IMG/VR virus record: IMGVR_UViG_3300010366_000006
Coordinates: 1-43,633 of that record
Source: a virus
Lineage: Duplodnaviria > Caudoviricetes
Strand: one strand, 5' to 3'
DNA: 43,633 nt
Shown here piece by piece: positions 35,546 through 43,633 of the stretch. The notes below the pieces were generated by a model. The model did no database searches. It had not been told where the DNA came from and saw only the letters and a list, made by a program, of their open reading frames with translations. The translations under genes were made by a program, and so were the position numbers. Positions within the stretch are counted from its first letter, which is position 1, and each line of letters starts with the position of its first letter.

Positions 35546-36028
35546 CTAGTCGTTGTTGTTGTGCGCCATGGCGTCGAGCATCGCGTTGTGCGGGCCGGAG
35601 CGCTCCGGGCCGATCCATCGGCACGGGCAGACAGCGCGCCACGTGCTGTCGACAAAGGCGACCTCGGCAGTGTGCCGGTCGAACGCCGTTGCTTCGTAGC
35701 ACGTGCCGCAGGCCGGATCGTCACACGTGGCGTGCCACGCCACGGAAAACTCGGCCGCGTGCTCCACACACAGCGTGAGCGCCGGGCCAGAGCCGGTCTC
35801 GCACAGCAGTCCCGCGACCTGATCACAGTACTGATAGTCACAGCGCACGTGGCGCGGGTCGTTGAGCGGGAGACCGGCCGTCTCAAGCCGGGTGATGCGC
35901 GGATACGTATCGACGTCGTGGCCGGTGGTCTCAAAATGCCGCGTGGCGTCAGCCAACGTGTCACAGACGAACGCACACTCAACGTGGGTGCCACGTCCGT
36001 CGCCAGAGCAAATGTACTTGGGTGCCAT
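35546..36028 (-). CDS. Multi-Cys/His (Zn-finger-like) protein, 160 aa; first gene of the leftward operon, probably leaderless
   Basis: Several CxxxxC/CxxH motifs; ATG 7 nt after a -10 box. Confidence 0.6.
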   Translation of the reverse strand: MAPKYICSGDGRGTHVECAFVCDTLADATRHFETTGHDVDTYPRITRLETAGLPLNDPRHVRCDYQYCDQVAGLLCETGSGPALTLCVEHAAEFSVAWHATCDDPACGTCYEATAFDRHTAEVAFVDSTWRAVCPCRWIGPERSGPHNAMLDAMAHNNND

Positions 36029-36035
36029 GGGGAGC

Positions 36036-36064
36036 ACTATATCGAATCGATATACAGAACACAA
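36036..36064 (-). promoter_or_regulatory. Sigma70-type leftward promoter with an overlapping palindromic operator
   Basis: TTGTGT-N17-TATAGT-N7-ATG; TATATCGA-A-TCGATATA at 36038-36054. Confidence 0.7.
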
Positions 36065-36162
36065 GGCATTCCGGCGTGACAGTGCCGTTACAGAGCTCCT
36101 AACGCGTTGTTAAATCGACGTACGATTGCGTGACAGCGAATACGGATTCGAGAATGCCAGGC

Positions 36163-36693
36163 ATGGCTCAAGAACAAAATCCGGGCCAGACGACTACAAA
36201 TCCAGTCGAACGCAGGTCGACCTACGGGCATGCTCGCGTTCAACAGACAGGACAGCCGCGCTCAACGTCAGGCCTGCCGCGCTCAACCCTTGCGCAGTCT
36301 ACGCGGGCGAAACGTGCGTTTCTTGAGTCCTACGCCAGCTGGGCAAACGTTACTGCGGCATGTCAAGCAGCCGGTGTTGCGAGACGCAACATCTATTACT
36401 GGCAAGAGCACGACGAACAGTTTGCAGCTCAGTTCAAAGTTGCGGAATCGGCGGCGACCGAACGTCTCGAACGTGAGGCATGGCGCCGTGCGATAGAAGG
36501 CTCACCGTACGAGCGGACGTCGTACTGGCACGGGGAACCGGTCGGGACGGATCGTAAGGTCGAGTACTCCGACCAACTGCTGATGTTGCTCTTGCGCGCG
36601 CGGAAACCTGAGACCTACCGGGAAACAACCAATGTCAACGTGACGCAGGTCGTCAAGACGGTAGCCGGAATCGATCCCGCCTCTGTCCTCTGA
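36163..36693 (+). CDS. terS: Terminase small subunit
   Basis: KRAFL...NVTAACQAAGVAR.NIY.W...D.QF...LE.EA.RRA.EG...YSD.LL.LLL.A..PE.Y; upstream of terL; start could also be 36130 or 36154. Confidence 0.8.
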   Translation: MAQEQNPGQTTTNPVERRSTYGHARVQQTGQPRSTSGLPRSTLAQSTRAKRAFLESYASWANVTAACQAAGVARRNIYYWQEHDEQFAAQFKVAESAATERLEREAWRRAIEGSPYERTSYWHGEPVGTDRKVEYSDQLLMLLLRARKPETYRETTNVNVTQVVKTVAGIDPASVL

Positions 36694-37046
36694 GGACAGT
36701 CCGTTGCGTGGAGCAACGCTTGCGCTAGTGACTGTGGAACGTCCGAATGTAACGGTCAGCGGAATGGTGTTCCGAACAACATCCGTTCCGATCACCTGTT
36801 CGACCAGGCATCGAGCAGCTCGTGGGGTGGGGTGGCACTGGGACGTGCCCCGCGGCCGCGGGGAGCCCGGAATCCTCTCAGCCCGTTCTGGCACACCCCG
36901 GATTTTTCGAAACCGAATCTGGGGCACGCACGGTGGAGCTCCGCTGCCGACTGTCGCTCCCCGACCTCGACGGACGTCTCTCGGAGGTCGTAGGGGGTAC
37001 TGTCAAGAGTACTCCAGTTCAAGCTTTCCTGCTCGGACGTCACAAT

Positions 37047-38399
37047 ATGCCGGCTAGTCCGAAACTCGGCATCTCCGGCACGCCTGCGACGGTGGAGCAC
37101 GGCACGGAGACGGCGCCGGAGGAAGCGCCGTATCAGCCGTTCGGAGCGGCGCTGGATCTGTTCCGGTCGAAAGCGCGTGAGGTCTTGCTGGCGGGTCCAG
37201 CTGGCACGGGCAAGTCCAGGGCGTGTCTGGAGAAGCTGAACCTGATTGCGATGCAGAAACCGATTCGAGCGGCGATTGTCCGGAAGACGCGCAAGTCGTT
37301 GACGCAATCCGCGATGAATACGCTCGAGACGAAGGTACTGCCGCAACCGAATCAGGTGCGCTTTCATGAAGGCGATCAGGAATATCGCTATCCCTCCGGT
37401 GCGGTGATCATGGTGGCGGGCATGGACGATGCCGACAAGATCGGTTCCACCGAGTTCGACATCGTGTATGTGCAGGAAGCGACGGAGCTGGAGGAAGACG
37501 ACTGGGGCATGCTGTTGCGCGGGTTGCGGAATGGTGTGCTGAGCTATCAGCAGATCATTGCGGATTGCAACCCCGGTCCACCGGAGCACTGGCTGAAACA
37601 GCGCTGCGATCGTGGCGATACGCTGCTGCTGGAAAGCAAGCACGAAGATAATCCGATGCTGTACGACCGCGGCACCGGGCAGTGGACGGACTTCGGGACG
37701 ACGTACATCCACACCCTGGATACGCTGCAGGGCTACTTGCACCAGCGCCTCCGACTGGGCTTGTGGGTCGCCGCGGAAGGCATGTACTTCACCGAGTGGG
37801 ACCCGTCACTGCATATCGTGCCGGCCTTCGAGATTCCACCCCACTGGCCGCGCTGGCTGGCGGTCGACTACGGCTTTGCGGCGCCGTTCTGCTGCCTCTG
37901 GTTCGCCAGGGAACCGGAAACCAGGCGCATCTTTGTGTACCGCGAGCTCTACGCCGCCGGGCTCCGGGACGAGCAGCAGGCCCAGCGGATCGTGGAGGCC
38001 AGCGAGGGCGAGCACCTGAACCTGCGCATCCTGGATCCGAGCATGTTCAATCTGCGCACCGAGCAGCAGCGGCCCAGCATCGCCGCCGTGTACTGGGCGC
38101 ACGGCTGCAAGCCGGTCTGGGCGGGCATGAACAACCGCAAGCAGGGCTGGGCTATCACGCGGCGGGCGCTCGCCCACGACCAGGGCCCCAATCGCCTGCA
38201 CCTGCTCCACGGCGCCGCGCCCAACCTGGCCCGGACCCTGCCCGTGATGGTGGTGGACCCGCTCGATCCGGAGGACGTCGCTGACAGTATCCGCGGCCAG
38301 AAAACCGAGGACCACGCCGTCGACGCGCTGCGCTACGGGCTGTGCGCCGAAGCCCAGCCGCCGCGGCCGGATACACCCACGTCGTTGAGGTTCGGCTGA
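37047..38399 (+). CDS. terL: Terminase large subunit (PBSX-like, probably headful packaging)
   Basis: Walker A GPAGTGKS, Walker B VYVQEA, CNPG..HWL, nuclease VDYG...DPS...DHAVDALRY. Confidence 0.93.
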   Translation: MPASPKLGISGTPATVEHGTETAPEEAPYQPFGAALDLFRSKAREVLLAGPAGTGKSRACLEKLNLIAMQKPIRAAIVRKTRKSLTQSAMNTLETKVLPQPNQVRFHEGDQEYRYPSGAVIMVAGMDDADKIGSTEFDIVYVQEATELEEDDWGMLLRGLRNGVLSYQQIIADCNPGPPEHWLKQRCDRGDTLLLESKHEDNPMLYDRGTGQWTDFGTTYIHTLDTLQGYLHQRLRLGLWVAAEGMYFTEWDPSLHIVPAFEIPPHWPRWLAVDYGFAAPFCCLWFAREPETRRIFVYRELYAAGLRDEQQAQRIVEASEGEHLNLRILDPSMFNLRTEQQRPSIAAVYWAHGCKPVWAGMNNRKQGWAITRRALAHDQGPNRLHLLHGAAPNLARTLPVMVVDPLDPEDVADSIRGQKTEDHAVDALRYGLCAEAQPPRPDTPTSLRFG

Positions 38400-40504
38400 T
38401 GGCGGTGCTCGATTCCAAGTCCAGCTCCAGCTCGACCTCGAGCTACGGCGACGACGAGACGATGGAGCGGCTGACGTGCGAGCTCGCGCAGCAACTGGAG
38501 CGCGACTTTCACGACCGCAACGTGCTGTACGCCGACATCGATAAATCCCTGTTCATGGAATTTCCGATTGTCATTCCGGAGGCGTACCGCAAAACCGCGA
38601 TCGAGGTCAGAGCTCCGCTGGCGTTGCATATCGCGCAGAATGTCGCCGCGGCCTTATCCGTCAACGCCCCGTCGGTGGGCTTCCGACCGGTCGGTTTCGG
38701 CGACGTGTACCAGGAAAATTCCACCCGCCGCGAGCGCTTCTTCGAAGCGTCGTGGCAGCGTCAGGAGCAGGAAGCGCGGCGCCAGCTGGCGCGCCTGTTC
38801 ATGTGGAGCCTCGCCGTGAAAGGCGAGGGCGTACTGAAAACACTCGAGCGCAGCAAGGCCGCCTGGAATACATACACCGACGACGCCGCGGCGTTCGACG
38901 AGCAGCTGCAAGCGGACGGATTGGATCAGCACGCGCGCGACCTGGCGTACGACAAGCACACCGAGAATCTGAAACTCCAGCTGCCGTATCCGATCGCCAC
39001 CACGGACGTGCCGCCGGAAACATTCTTCTATACGAAGAATGAAAACGGCTACACCTCAATTGTCGAAATCAAAGATATTCCGTACCTGGAGGCGCTCGAG
39101 CGCTTTCAAGCCGGGCTGGACTCCAGCGGGAATGTCCGTACAGGCATGGATCCGCAGGCGGCGCAATTAGCCCGACCGGAGTGGGCGCGCATCATGAAAA
39201 CCGCCGGCTCCACCAGCGTGCGCTGCATCGAGGCGTGGGACGAGCACGTGCAGGTGATCTGTTTGCAGGGTCCGAACCAGATCTCGCGCGGCCTGGACCG
39301 AGCCACCCTGTGTAAGGTCACCGAGCACAGCTACGGCGATCCGTACCTGCACACGCTGCGCGGGCCATACTTTCATGCCCTCGGTATTACGACCGGTTCC
39401 AGGTTGCCGGAGCACGCCGGACTGAGCGTGCTGTACGGCTACATCCAGCTGTTCCGCCTGATCGACAGCCTGCTGACGGTGCAGAGCAACGCCGCCTTCC
39501 TGACCGGTTTCCCGAGCTGGAAGCAGACCCAGAATCCGAACGCGATTCCGGGGTTGCCGTACGGCACCGACGGCCGCGAGGCGGCGGCCCAGGAGCGCCT
39601 CGAGCCGGGCAAGTTATATCCCTTCGATGTAACTCCGATCGACCAGCCGACGTCCGGCCAGGACGCCTCCAAGCTGCTGCAGAACATCCAGTCGCTGGTG
39701 GAGCGCGCCATGCCGGCCGCGTTCTCGGGCGCCGTCGGCGCCGACCAGTCGGGCTACGCCCTGAACCAGGCCGCGTACCTGGCCGGCCTCGCCTTCAACC
39801 CGATCGTCGCCAACGCCGAGGTCGCCATGGCCGAGCGGACTGGCTTCGAGTCGTGGCTGATCCAGGACCGCATCGCCGAGAACGTGTACGCCTGGGGCGA
39901 CCAGCCGGGCAAGCCGGGCGGGCGCGGCGCCGGCCAGATCAAGGGCTCGTGGCTGCGCATCGGCCCGGACGACCTGGACGGCATCCACCGCTACACCGTC
40001 AAGCTCAGTCCCTCGACGCCGTCCAACGAGATCATCCAGATCCGCAGCATCGGCGAGAAGATGCAGCTGAAGCTGATCACGTACGAGGACGCCGTCACCG
40101 AGGCCGGCGGCAACCCGGACGAGGTCGAGCAGTCGTGGCTGCTGCACGACCTGAAGCAGTCGCCCGAGATCCAGCAGGCCCTCAAGGACCAGATCTTCCA
40201 GAAGCTGGGCACGCTGCAGACGAAGCAGCTCAACGCGCCCGGCAACCCGAGCCTGCAGGAGATGGCGGGCGGTCCCGCGGCAGGACCGCCGACGGGAGTC
40301 CCGGGCACGCCCGGCACGCCGCCCTCCGGCAATCTAGGCGGGATGCCCCCGAATCCCGTGCCGTCCCCGGGGCAGGGTCTGCCCATGGCCCCTCCACCTC
40401 CGGGGGGCGGTGGGCCGGCCATGCCGCCGGGTGGCGTCCCCGGCACGCCCGTCGTGCCGTCGCCGCCGCCGAACAGCCTGCCGCTGGTGCCGCGGGGACG
40501 CTGA
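38399..40504 (+). CDS. Portal protein (701 aa, Pro-rich C-terminus)
   Basis: Directly follows terL (TGATG overlap); size and helical content; assignment mainly positional. Confidence 0.7.
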   Translation: MAVLDSKSSSSSTSSYGDDETMERLTCELAQQLERDFHDRNVLYADIDKSLFMEFPIVIPEAYRKTAIEVRAPLALHIAQNVAAALSVNAPSVGFRPVGFGDVYQENSTRRERFFEASWQRQEQEARRQLARLFMWSLAVKGEGVLKTLERSKAAWNTYTDDAAAFDEQLQADGLDQHARDLAYDKHTENLKLQLPYPIATTDVPPETFFYTKNENGYTSIVEIKDIPYLEALERFQAGLDSSGNVRTGMDPQAAQLARPEWARIMKTAGSTSVRCIEAWDEHVQVICLQGPNQISRGLDRATLCKVTEHSYGDPYLHTLRGPYFHALGITTGSRLPEHAGLSVLYGYIQLFRLIDSLLTVQSNAAFLTGFPSWKQTQNPNAIPGLPYGTDGREAAAQERLEPGKLYPFDVTPIDQPTSGQDASKLLQNIQSLVERAMPAAFSGAVGADQSGYALNQAAYLAGLAFNPIVANAEVAMAERTGFESWLIQDRIAENVYAWGDQPGKPGGRGAGQIKGSWLRIGPDDLDGIHRYTVKLSPSTPSNEIIQIRSIGEKMQLKLITYEDAVTEAGGNPDEVEQSWLLHDLKQSPEIQQALKDQIFQKLGTLQTKQLNAPGNPSLQEMAGGPAAGPPTGVPGTPGTPPSGNLGGMPPNPVPSPGQGLPMAPPPPGGGGPAMPPGGVPGTPVVPSPPPNSLPLVPRGR

Positions 40505-40505
40505 C

Positions 40506-40703
40506 ATGCATGCCGACTGCTGCGCCGCCCAGACCCACGCCGAGCACATCTGCGGCATCGTCGAGGAGCAGGTCGAGACCGAGGCGCGCGAGCTCGGCCT
40601 GGACACCGACGAGATCGCGCACTTCTGGCGCCACTTCACCGAGGCGAGCATGCTACGCCTGGTGCGGCTGAACCCCGAGATGGTCACGCGGGTGGAGGGC
40701 TGA
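40506..40703 (+). CDS. Hypothetical protein (65 aa)
   Basis: MHADCCAAQTHAEHIC...; fills the gap between flanking genes. Confidence 0.55.
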   Translation: MHADCCAAQTHAEHICGIVEEQVETEARELGLDTDEIAHFWRHFTEASMLRLVRLNPEMVTRVEG

Positions 40704-40706
40704 ACG

Positions 40707-41138
40707 ATGCCGAGCCAGACCGTGCTCGACGCCGTCGCCACCGACCTGGCGGTGTGGATCGACCAGGAATCCACGCGCATCGCCGCGGCCATGGCGCCGC
40801 AGGGCGTCGCGCCCTTCGCCGCGAACCTGACCGAGGAGCAGAAGCTCGAGTACTACCGCGCCCAGCTGTTCAATCCCGACGGCACGCCCAACCTGCCCGG
40901 CCGCAACCAGCAGATGCAGCGGCTCGGCCCGCTCGGCTTCACCCAGGTGTACAAAGCCGTGCTGAAGGCGTATCCGCAGTTGCGTCTGCCGACGCCGCCC
41001 GGCATGCTGCCCGGGCCGACGGCGACGCAGGCTGCGCCGCCCGCGCCGCCGTCGCCGGTGCCGCCGCCGTATCTGCCGCGCGGTGCGCAGACCGCGCCCG
41101 TGCCCAACATCACGCCCGTCGTACCGCCAGGAGCGTAG
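40707..41138 (+). CDS. Hypothetical virion-associated protein (143 aa, Pro-rich tail)
   Basis: GGAGG SD; phage-like codon usage. Confidence 0.6.
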   Translation: MPSQTVLDAVATDLAVWIDQESTRIAAAMAPQGVAPFAANLTEEQKLEYYRAQLFNPDGTPNLPGRNQQMQRLGPLGFTQVYKAVLKAYPQLRLPTPPGMLPGPTATQAAPPAPPSPVPPPYLPRGAQTAPVPNITPVVPPGA

Positions 41139-41141
41139 GCC

Positions 41142-42971
41142 ATGTCCTTTACCGCTGATCCCACGCTGACCGGGCAGTACCTGACCGGCCAGAACAACGC
41201 TGCCCAGATCGCGTACTACCAGGCCAAGCTGCAGGGCGACTCCGACCAGCTCGCCTTCGCCAAGGCGCAGGCCGCCGTGGCCATGGCCGGCAACCTGTCG
41301 AACACCTTCGGCTACGCCCCCGGCGGCGACTGGTTCACGTGGGGGCCGGGCGGGCCGACGATTCCGCCGGCGGGGACGCCGACGCAGTCGGCCATCGCCG
41401 GCTGGCAGAATCTGGCCAACCAGCAGCTCGGCAACCAGCTGAGCATCGCCGGCGCGACCGGCTACTTCGCTCAGCCGCGGCCGAGCCAGTACACGCCCGG
41501 CACGATCCTGACCGCGCCGAGCCAGACCGGCGGCGGCAACGCCTACGGCATCGTCAATTCCGACGGCTCGGTGCAGATGGTGACGACCGAGGCACTGGCC
41601 CAGACCGCTGCGCAGCGGGGCACCACCGCCGATGCGCTGATCAGCCGCGCGCAGCCGGTCGACTGGGGCACGCTGCAGCAGCTGTCGATGGGGCCGCCGA
41701 CCGGTCCGGCCACGCCGACGCTCGACCTGCAGCGGATGCAGCAGCAGAACGCGTACAACGCCGGCCAGCTGACGGGCATGTACAGCGACCCGACGCAGAC
41801 CGTGCAGGCCTTCAACGCCCGCGGCCAGGCGATGAACGGGCAGACGTTCGACTCGCTGCCGCCCGACCAGCAGCAGTTCTGGCTGCAGTACAACCAGAAC
41901 GACCGTACCCAGGCCGCTACCGCGTGGGCCTCCGGCGTCAACCAGGCGCTCTCCGCGAACGGCTTCCAGACGCCTAACCAGAACGCGCCGACGCTGCAGA
42001 TGCAGGCGCTGTACGGCCAGTACGGCGCGCCGACGGCCGGCCAGCAGACGCTCGCGGGCCAGGAGCAGTCCTTCACCCAGAACCTGCGCACCGAGCAGGA
42101 GCAGCGCGCGGCCCAGGCGCAGCAGCAGCAGCAGGCGATGGGCTACCTGCAGCTGCTCTCGAACCTGCGCGGACCCGCGGACTGGGCGAAGTACCAGCAG
42201 GTGTTGGGCTCTACCCCCGGCGGCATGCGCGATCTCGTCGCCGCGGCGGCCGGCCAGTACGTGCCCGGCGGCGGCGCGACGACCGGCGTGCAGCCCCAGG
42301 CGGTCAGCCTGCAATCGATGATGGGCGACGTCAGCGGCAATCCGTACACCGGTCAGGGCGGCGGCCAGCTGAACATGCCGAGCGTGTACCAGGGCGGCCA
42401 GGGCAGCTACGGCATGCAAACCGGCCAGTACCAGTACCAGCCGCAGGCCGGCCAGACCCAGCAGTGGGCAAATCCGAGCGGCGGACAGATCAACACCGCT
42501 CAGATGTGGAGCGGCCCGAAGAGCGGCGCGGCGTGGGACCAGTACACCCAGCAGCAGCAGGCGCAGAACCAGGCTGCTGCCGGCCAGCTTCAGACGCAGG
42601 GCGGCTACGGGACGGGCATGGGGTACTTCGGCACCGCGCAGCCGGCGCAGATGTTCAGCGGCCAGACGCAGACCGCTGGTGGCCAGCAGCAGTTCGACGT
42701 CATGCCGAGCCAGTACAGCCAGCAGCGGTATGCCTACGGACAGACGCCGTCAGGGGGCTCAAACGATAGCCAGGCGATCATGGGCGCGCTGGTGGCGCCC
42801 AACCAGATGGCGTCCCAGACGTGGAACAACCTGACGCCGTCGCAGCAGCAGATGCTGCTCGGTACCTGGGAGTCGAAGGGCTACACCCAGGACGACGCGA
42901 AGGCGCTGTTCAACCAGTCGCTGCCCAAATACGGCGCCAGCCCGACGTCAGGCACGTACCGCTTGCAGTAA
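41142..42971 (+). CDS. Gln/Gly-rich putative internal virion/ejection protein (609 aa)
   Basis: AGGAG SD; repeated AGQLTGMY/AGATGYF...PTL motifs; low charge, Q-rich. Confidence 0.6.
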   Translation: MSFTADPTLTGQYLTGQNNAAQIAYYQAKLQGDSDQLAFAKAQAAVAMAGNLSNTFGYAPGGDWFTWGPGGPTIPPAGTPTQSAIAGWQNLANQQLGNQLSIAGATGYFAQPRPSQYTPGTILTAPSQTGGGNAYGIVNSDGSVQMVTTEALAQTAAQRGTTADALISRAQPVDWGTLQQLSMGPPTGPATPTLDLQRMQQQNAYNAGQLTGMYSDPTQTVQAFNARGQAMNGQTFDSLPPDQQQFWLQYNQNDRTQAATAWASGVNQALSANGFQTPNQNAPTLQMQALYGQYGAPTAGQQTLAGQEQSFTQNLRTEQEQRAAQAQQQQQAMGYLQLLSNLRGPADWAKYQQVLGSTPGGMRDLVAAAAGQYVPGGGATTGVQPQAVSLQSMMGDVSGNPYTGQGGGQLNMPSVYQGGQGSYGMQTGQYQYQPQAGQTQQWANPSGGQINTAQMWSGPKSGAAWDQYTQQQQAQNQAAAGQLQTQGGYGTGMGYFGTAQPAQMFSGQTQTAGGQQQFDVMPSQYSQQRYAYGQTPSGGSNDSQAIMGALVAPNQMASQTWNNLTPSQQQMLLGTWESKGYTQDDAKALFNQSLPKYGASPTSGTYRLQ

Positions 42972-42974
42972 GCC

Positions 42975-43633
42975 ATGCCCGATCTGCCCGACGTCGACCA
43001 GCAGAGCTGGAACTCGTTTGCCGCCGATCGCTGGTTCAAACAGAGCTCCGACCAGATCAACAGCCTCACCTCGATGCCGCTCCAGCCCGGGCTGGGCTTC
43101 CTGAGCTCGACCTCGGCCCAGATCGGCTCGCTCGGCCAGATCCAGGTGCCCCCGCCGCGGCCGGCACCGATTCCACAGCCGCAGCCGGCACCGATCCCGC
43201 AGCCGACGCTGCCGCCGTTGCCGACACCGGCGCCTGCCCCGAGTGTGGCGCCGCCGATTCCGACGCAGCCGGCTCCGCCGCCGCTGCCGACCCCATCGCC
43301 GATGGGCCTGCCGCCGTCGCCGCCGCCAACTCCTCCCAGTGCGCCGGAGGCGACGACGGCACCCCCGCAGGGCTTGCCGATGCCGACCGTACCGCAGGTG
43401 CCGCTCGTGCCTGGCGGGCAGCCGTCCACCACTGGGGCGAGCTCGATCTACGCGCCGACGACGACACCCGCGCCGAGTCCCTTCGCGGGCGAGGCGAACG
43501 GGCCGTTCGGCCAAGCAGCGGTGGCGCCCGGTGGCAATTTGCAGGACTACGCACGCCAGGCAGCCCAGAAGGCGGGCATCGACCCCGACATCTTCGTACG
43601 CCAGATCCAGCAGGAATCCGGTTTCAACCCCAC
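42975..43633 (+). CDS. N-terminal part of the giant virion protein (continues at 11..5332)
   Basis: ATG 42975, no stop to the window end: MPDLPDVDQQSW...Pro-rich linker...QAAVAPGGNLQDY; missed by the ORF track. Confidence 0.85.
   Translation, partial: MPDLPDVDQQSWNSFAADRWFKQSSDQINSLTSMPLQPGLGFLSSTSAQIGSLGQIQVPPPRPAPIPQPQPAPIPQPTLPPLPTPAPAPSVAPPIPTQPAPPPLPTPSPMGLPPSPPPTPPSAPEATTAPPQGLPMPTVPQVPLVPGGQPSTTGASSIYAPTTTPAPSPFAGEANGPFGQAAVAPGGNLQDYARQAAQKAGIDPDIFVRQIQQESGFNP
43511..43633 (+). repeat. Terminal direct repeat copy 2 (circular assembly overlap)
   Basis: Identical to 1-123. Confidence 0.97.

Larger units (their letters stand above)
1..43633. mobile_element. Complete temperate phage genome (Caudoviricetes, podovirus-like), circular assembly
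   Basis: Terminase, portal, capsid, tail, lysis, serine integrase and replication modules are all present; no host housekeeping genes; ends overlap by 123 bp. Confidence 0.95.

Noticed and set aside
1-43633. tRNA, rRNA, tmRNA or IS elements
   Set aside because: No cloverleaf, T-loop or transposase signatures noticed by eye; a tRNAscan-SE/Infernal run would be needed to exclude them formally

Overview
The window is a complete, circularly assembled, high-GC temperate phage genome. Positions 1-123 are identical to 43511-43633, giving about 43,510 bp of unique sequence. The morphogenesis module is podovirus-like and crosses the window ends: small terminase, PBSX-type large terminase, portal, three large Gln/Pro-rich putative ejection proteins (the largest about 1955 aa, with lytic transglycosylase and C39-like peptidase domains), scaffold, HK97-type capsid, FN3 decoration protein, adaptor, fibres including a collagen-like protein, and a nozzle-like protein. 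Next come a lysis cassette (C39-like peptidase plus two small membrane proteins) and a large serine recombinase. A rightward early/replication block encodes an RHH protein, a free-standing resuscitation-promoting factor (Rpf), VRR-NUC, Prim-Pol/helicase, a C5 methyltransferase, a Cas4-like nuclease and a Mom-like protein. A leftward operon of Cys/His-rich genes ends in an XRE HTH gene. The most notable sequence-level signals are: (1) four copies of a triple TGACGA-box promoter architecture, three of them exactly 24 nt upstream of SD-less ATGs; (2) a stand-alone membrane-anchored Rpf in the early region; (3) a probable +1 frameshift (CCC_TTT_C) joining the two halves of the lysin; (4) an EcoHK31I-beta-like ORF nested in the methyltransferase; (5) a start-associated GAGGATYGGYACCCA repeat; (6) a 19-bp inverted repeat after the primase-helicase. 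All functional calls rest on motif recognition by eye; no database searches were run. The host is unknown (a high-GC monoderm such as Actinomycetota or Chloroflexota is an inference).
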